From Paraglomus brasilianum (Eukaryota): DNA of 47,991 nucleotides. Shown in pieces: positions 42,946 to 47,991 of this stretch. The position numbers and the translations under genes are program-made. Location: assembly GCA_910592345.1 (NCBI GenBank), contig CAJVPI010000155.1, positions 1-47,991 on the forward strand, given 5' to 3'. Position 1 is the first letter of the stretch. Every line of letters begins with the position of its first letter. Under the pieces are notes generated by a model that searched no databases, had not been told where the DNA came from, and saw only the letters and a list, made by a program, of their open reading frames with translations.

Positions 42946-43659
42946 TGTTTTTGATCAATTCATTCATCGATTTCTTATTCTTGGACTTTAATGCGTGTAG
43001 CCTGAAAATTAACAAACTTTTATTCATATTAATAGCAAACGTTTCTCTACACGGGATTGGCAGAATGGTGGTCAAAATCAGAGCTGGCCATGTGTTTTCA
43101 CTGCTTATGGTCGGCGATACGGTGGTTATAGAGGAGGGGGAACAAAACTTTGCACAACTGGTACGTAACAAAAAAAAAACTTCGAGGATGTTTATTTGCA
43201 TATTTTTTTTTTATAATTGGCATATCATAGTGTAACTATATGCGGATGTTATAATAATTAGACATGTTAACACACAAAGTTATCATTGATGTCCTTGACT
43301 AACCAAAAATTTTCTACTTCTTACCTCCTCGTCTTACACGAAAAATAAAACCTTATTTCTTTCAGTTTCCCTTATTCATAGATGTTTCGGTAAAGGCCGA
43401 ACCCGCGGCATCAGATACATGCGAAGTGATCGTCGCGATCGAGATTGCGCCTATGAAAGCTGCTAATAATAATATTGGAGGAGACGAGAATGTTCCTTCC
43501 TCACCATCATCTTTACCAGACGATCACGACGTCACAGCCCCGTCTGGGCCCATATGTTGTTTATATGAAGAAATGGCAACGGTTGCCGGTGTAGACGTGA
43601 CGAGCGCTCAACATTTCTATCATGGTGGATATGCGGGTGGAATCAGTGAAACATCATGA
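41832..43659 (+). CDS. Hypothetical protein of about 265 aa, 5 exons (41832-41886, 42290-42447, 42711-42876, 43036-43160, 43366-43659); no family recognised
   Basis: All junctions are GT-AG with consistent phases (1,0,1,0), giving a 798-nt open frame: MNTTTHLLQQLERVQLDQ/DFEVPQIPF...FKSC/VPLRTDETLELFIVESII.../ANVSLHGIGRMVVKI.../FPLFIDVSV...SETS*. Confidence 0.7.
41938..42040. repeat. Degenerate 13-bp minisatellite (ACCCAYATYCCCT-like) with an embedded CCCTAA pair
   Basis: About seven ACCCACATCCCCT/ACCCATATTCCCT-like units in intron 1 of the hypothetical gene, with CCCTAACCCTAACCCT at about 42012-42027. Confidence 0.8.
42915..42943. repeat. (GTT)n microsatellite in an intron
   Basis: About nine or ten consecutive GTT units. 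Confidence 0.9.
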
Positions 43660-46159
43660 GATGTGATGTTAGTTGTTGAGTTGGAAAAGCAAGTGTGCTT
43701 GTACAACAGTTGTAGGAAAAAAAAAAGAGAGAAGACGTGAACATTGGACTTTTTTTTTTTAAAACCTTCATTTACTATCCTCCCTACTCTTTTCCATTTT
43801 TTATCTCTATTCACAAAGGGTGTGGGTGTTGTATTATAATCATTATATATTATTTACCTCCTTCCCTTTTTTACGGACTCCCTATAACGAGAAACAAGAC
43901 TATAAATCGTAATGTTCGAAATATCTTTCCAGCCTCCATCGCCATAAAAAAAGGTGGAACGTTCGAGATCTAACAAACAGAAAAAAGGTGTATACGGACG
44001 ATGATTAGTACTCGGATGAAATAGATTATATGATTATTCCTTTGACGCGAACGTTATAGAAAGAGTGGTAGATACGGAGTGTATGACTAGCAATCATTTA
44101 AGATCAACTCGAGCGTGTACGTAATCTTAAAATTTTTTTATACTTCTTAATATCCCTTTGGTTTGTCTCTCCATATGATTTATTTTATATGACAAAAGTA
44201 TCTACTATATTTTGTTTAAGATCATTCTTCCTTTTATATGTATTATGTTAATTTTATATACAACCAAGCAAAAAGAAAGCCAACAAATATAATTCAAATT
44301 CTGAGTGACTTTAATTTTATCATTATACTTACATGTTATCAAGTTAAAGGAGTGTATTGAGGGAGCCATAGTAAGAGATCATGGCCGACACTGTTTTCAA
44401 ATTGAAGCATCTGATGGAAAAGAATGATCAAACGAAACTAAACATTCGCGATTCTATTATCTGTTAGGTACACATTGACTGCAAGATGCAGCGATACGAG
44501 AACTTGATATTACGCACAACGAGAATGTTCGAATCGTAATCAATCCCGATTATAAAGATTTTCTTTCCATCGATAACCTCTTTTTGAAGAGAGAGAGAGA
44601 GCACATGCAAGAGAATTTTTGCAAACGGGCAGAGTTTATATTCATTCGTCATGGGGAGGGGGGCATTCGTTCTCTTTCCTATTATACTTGGGACTAGGGG
44701 TTGTGTACGATGTGGATCTGTTGTTGACTATCTATGTGTTTCTTTATGATACAGTGAAGAAGCGGTATAACGGATAGTCATTGGGTCAAGTTGATCAAAC
44801 TGATAGAAATAATTCAGGGCAAGTGTAGATTTTGCGATTGGGTTATGACCGATAAAGTAATGATAGCGGGGAAAAAAAGTTTTTTTACTCTTCCTGGAAT
44901 ACACAACATGGTATTTTTTTCTCTTTCCTTTACCCGCTGCACATTATCTACACCGAAAAACGGGAAATGTTAATCCTCAACGAAGTAATTGTTTTGGGTA
45001 CTGCAAGAAACATTTTGCTGATCACCTCCATAATTCACGCTCACGCGACCAGCAAACTGCATGTTATCTACGGAGAAATCTAAGCTAAATTCAATCATTC
45101 GCTCACGCGACCTTTCACAACTGCTTATGTACACATACAGCGTCCACTGAGGCGGGGGTCAATGCCAGTTTATTGTATAAGTTTATCGATCATTTAGACT
45201 AATCTGTGCGTTATTATGATTCCTTTTATACTCTCCCTATTCGAGAATCACAAGAACTCGAACATATCGACTTGGTTATTTCTGGTATTCTTATTGCAGT
45301 CACAAGGACGACCAAAGGTTAATGATGCGTTTGCAAGGGACCAAGGGAAATCTGCATAGACTGTGATGATCACCAAGTTGTCATTTATAAAGGTCATCTG
45401 TAACGTATTTGTATAACGAAAGATCCAAGTAAGCGGGACTAACCCGTAAAACGTTTTGTTTGTGGAGACGAATCATTCATTGCACATAGTAATAGACACA
45501 TGTGATCGTTACTCCTCTCTCACATGGAGAATGAAGTCGAAACAGAGAAGAAGACCGATGTAGTAATGAAGCACATTACCATGTGGGCCCGAGTTTTGTG
45601 TGTGTGTTTGCTTGCTTGATATGAACAAAAAGAATTTTATTTTTTTTTGAAACAAGTTGAAATACCCATTATGGGGTTTAATTTGTTTATTTGTAGGATG
45701 ATTTGAGAAAGTGAAATGGGATTCTTATTATTATGTCCGACGTAAATGGAGGCCATTATTCTGCCCAAGGTGGAAAGTAAATACTTGTAAAGTCATCTTT
45801 GTGCGAGAATACGTTATTGTCATACTAATACTAAACGATATCAATACAATAATAATCAATACCTATCGTTAACCGCACGAATATCTGTTATATTAGTTTG
45901 TGTTGGTTCATTACTAACTGTTGGGGAAAACGAATTATTTCTTAGGAATTGGTTGACAATAGACGATGTCACATCTCGACAAGAAGTAATTTCTTCAATA
46001 AGGTATAGATTATGATGAGTTGAAAGTCTTTCGTTCATTGTGGAGTTAGTTAGTGTTACAAGCCAAAAGCAATCTAGAATAGATTCACTTTTTAGTAATT
46101 AGTTCGACTTATTCTTCCCACACATCGGCGTTTATTTTGCTGTTTAATAAACCATTATT

Positions 46160-46286
46160 TATGAAAGCCTCGGTATACCGAATATTACTTGAGCTAAACT
46201 TCGTGTACCTCGTTTTACCGAATTTCTCGTTATAACGAATTATAGACGTCTCCCCGGCGGCTTCGGTATAATGGGGTTCGACGGTA
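46160..46286. mobile_element. Solo pogo/Tigger-type terminal inverted repeat with subterminal motifs
   Basis: Minus strand TA-CCGTCGAACCCCATTATACCGAA, followed by repeated GTTATAACGA/GGTAAAACGA/GGTATACCGA motifs typical of TACAGTCGAACC-type TIRs. No partner end found in the window. Confidence 0.6.
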
Positions 46287-47027
46287 CCTTGGTTTGCAGG
46301 AATATAGCCCAAGTTGAACGTTATAAGAACGTAGACAAGAGATATATGACACCTTGTTGTCTAGGAAGCAAGCGTGAAACCCCAACAGATTATGAAGTTT
46401 ACCAAACTTGTGATTAAATGGAATGTCAATAACCCCAACAGGATATGAAGTGATTAATACGAAACTTTCATTATACACCGAATCTTATAGTCATTGTAGT
46501 TTGCTTCTGCAATGTGCTGTGACGTACCGGCGCTACACAGTTTCTAATGAAGTTTCCAAACAAGATGTAACAATATAATTTACCCAGTGTTAAACAATTG
46601 TTAATGTATAGTAATGCATTGCAAATAGTGAAACATGCCGTGTGACAAACACGTCCACATGACTTTCCACGTCCGATATTAATTAGTACAGAACTCTTAT
46701 CTCTCTAGAATACATTTCCTAAAAGACCAATACATTGCTTTGGAAACCTAAAAAGCACACGCTGAAAAGCTTTTTGCGCCTCTCAGAGAAGGGAATGTTA
46801 AACACGCACCTTGTTAGAGACACACCCTGTTCAGCGACTCGTACCATTCGAAGGTTCAGTGGCCTGCAGCTATTACAACGACGCTTACCAAAAGGAAAAA
46901 TTACATTCTAAGAACTATTCTATTTGTTGGCGTTTATCTAGCACTCAATAAGCACATTCACGTGCAAATCCAGGCATTTCAAAAACGAAAGCCCGCTACC
47001 CCACAACAAACTTATACCAGTTCAAAA

Positions 47028-47954
47028 ATGAAGTCAACGCGTTCAATAATATTATCAATATTATCCATAATACTTCAACCAAGCTCTGTACTGTCTAAAG
47101 GAGGCGGGGGTGGCAGTAGTGGCAGTGGCAGTAGCAGTGGTGGTGGCAGCGGTAGTAGTAGTGGAAGTGGAGGCAGAGGAGGAGGCTATTATGGGTCCGG
47201 CAATAATTCTAGATGGGTTTTTTGGTACTATGGTCCGTACGGAAATCGAACATGTGGTAATCTTTGCATCGTCACTTTCACCCTACTTGCCCTCATTGTT
47301 GTTACGATAATTGGATGTCTTCTCTATCATTGTATTTGGTCCCGCAAACGAAAAAAACGAGAAAATTTTCAATCAAACTCTGAAACGTCCCCCCCAACAG
47401 ACGGCTATTATTCCTCACCGTCAACAAATCCATATCCACAACGTACTGATCTTGAGTCCGGCAGCGTACCTCCAACATATGAAAATGAACCTCCTGCGAC
47501 TGAACCTATTGCTTGGCATGGGCAGAAACACGAAGCACCAGCAGCTGCATTTGAAGCAGGAGAAAAGTTTACACGAGATTATCCTCCTCAGGAGAAATTA
47601 CCATCAGATTCTGACATAAGTTACATAATCAATAAAGGTGGTGCACCAGCATATCGTTTTGAGCTTGGCCCGCAAGTTGGCACGCGTCAGCAACCGTCTG
47701 TATTAAATGATGGGCGACTAATACAATTTCACGGGAAAGAAGATACCATGGTACAAACAAATCACCCGTTGTTTGTTCCATCGCTTACGGCAGATGCAAT
47801 AAGTACAACTAGAGATGAGAGTAGTGAGAGTAGTGAGAGCAAAGACGTGAATTACGAGAAAGATAAGAAAAATGTGAAGGATGATAAAACAATAATACGA
47901 ATGTCTATGCCTATGCCCATGCCCACGCCGATGCCGACGTCCAAACCTACAACG
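47028..47954 (+). CDS. First exon of an Ssh4/Ear1-like membrane protein (signal peptide, Gly/Ser-rich segment, TM, PPxY, pre-SPRY region); probably continues beyond the window
   Basis: MKSTRSIILSILSII signal; TM LCIVTFTLLALIVVTIIGCLLY; PPTY; GEKFTRDYPP...IINKGGAPAYRFE...IQF...VQTNHPL matches the region preceding SPRY in Ssh4-like proteins. Probable donor ACG/GTATAT at 47955. Confidence 0.7.
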
Positions 47955-47991
47955 GTATATATTAGTCCTTTCATATTGGAGAACGAATAAC

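Overview
AT-rich, intron-rich fungal DNA, most consistent with an early-diverging Mucoromycota (Glomeromycotina/Endogonales-like); the taxon is inferred from gene families, ~70-100 nt introns and TE types. Bases 1-15 kb are mostly decayed transposon fragments (Tc1, Ty3/gypsy integrase, pogo/CENP-B, Helitron, mariner). They surround one intact intronless 845-aa gene: signal peptide, Kelch repeats, one TM helix, Ser-rich linker, and a cytoplasmic domain resembling the C-terminus of Roco/TORNADO1-type proteins. Bases 15.5-29 kb hold a cell-cycle cluster: CHL1/DDX11 helicase (-) head-to-head with an augmin HAUS5-like gene (+), a decayed transposase-like relic with a modular repeat array, and RNR1 (+), with CGCG (MCB/E2F-like) boxes in both promoters. 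Then follow an AAAP amino-acid transporter with an intronic tandem hairpin, an ~8.5 kb non-coding region with several hairpins, an unrecognised ~265-aa spliced gene, a solo pogo-type terminus and the 5' part of an Ssh4/Ear1-like gene. Exon boundaries were assembled by eye and family calls come from motif recall, not database searches.
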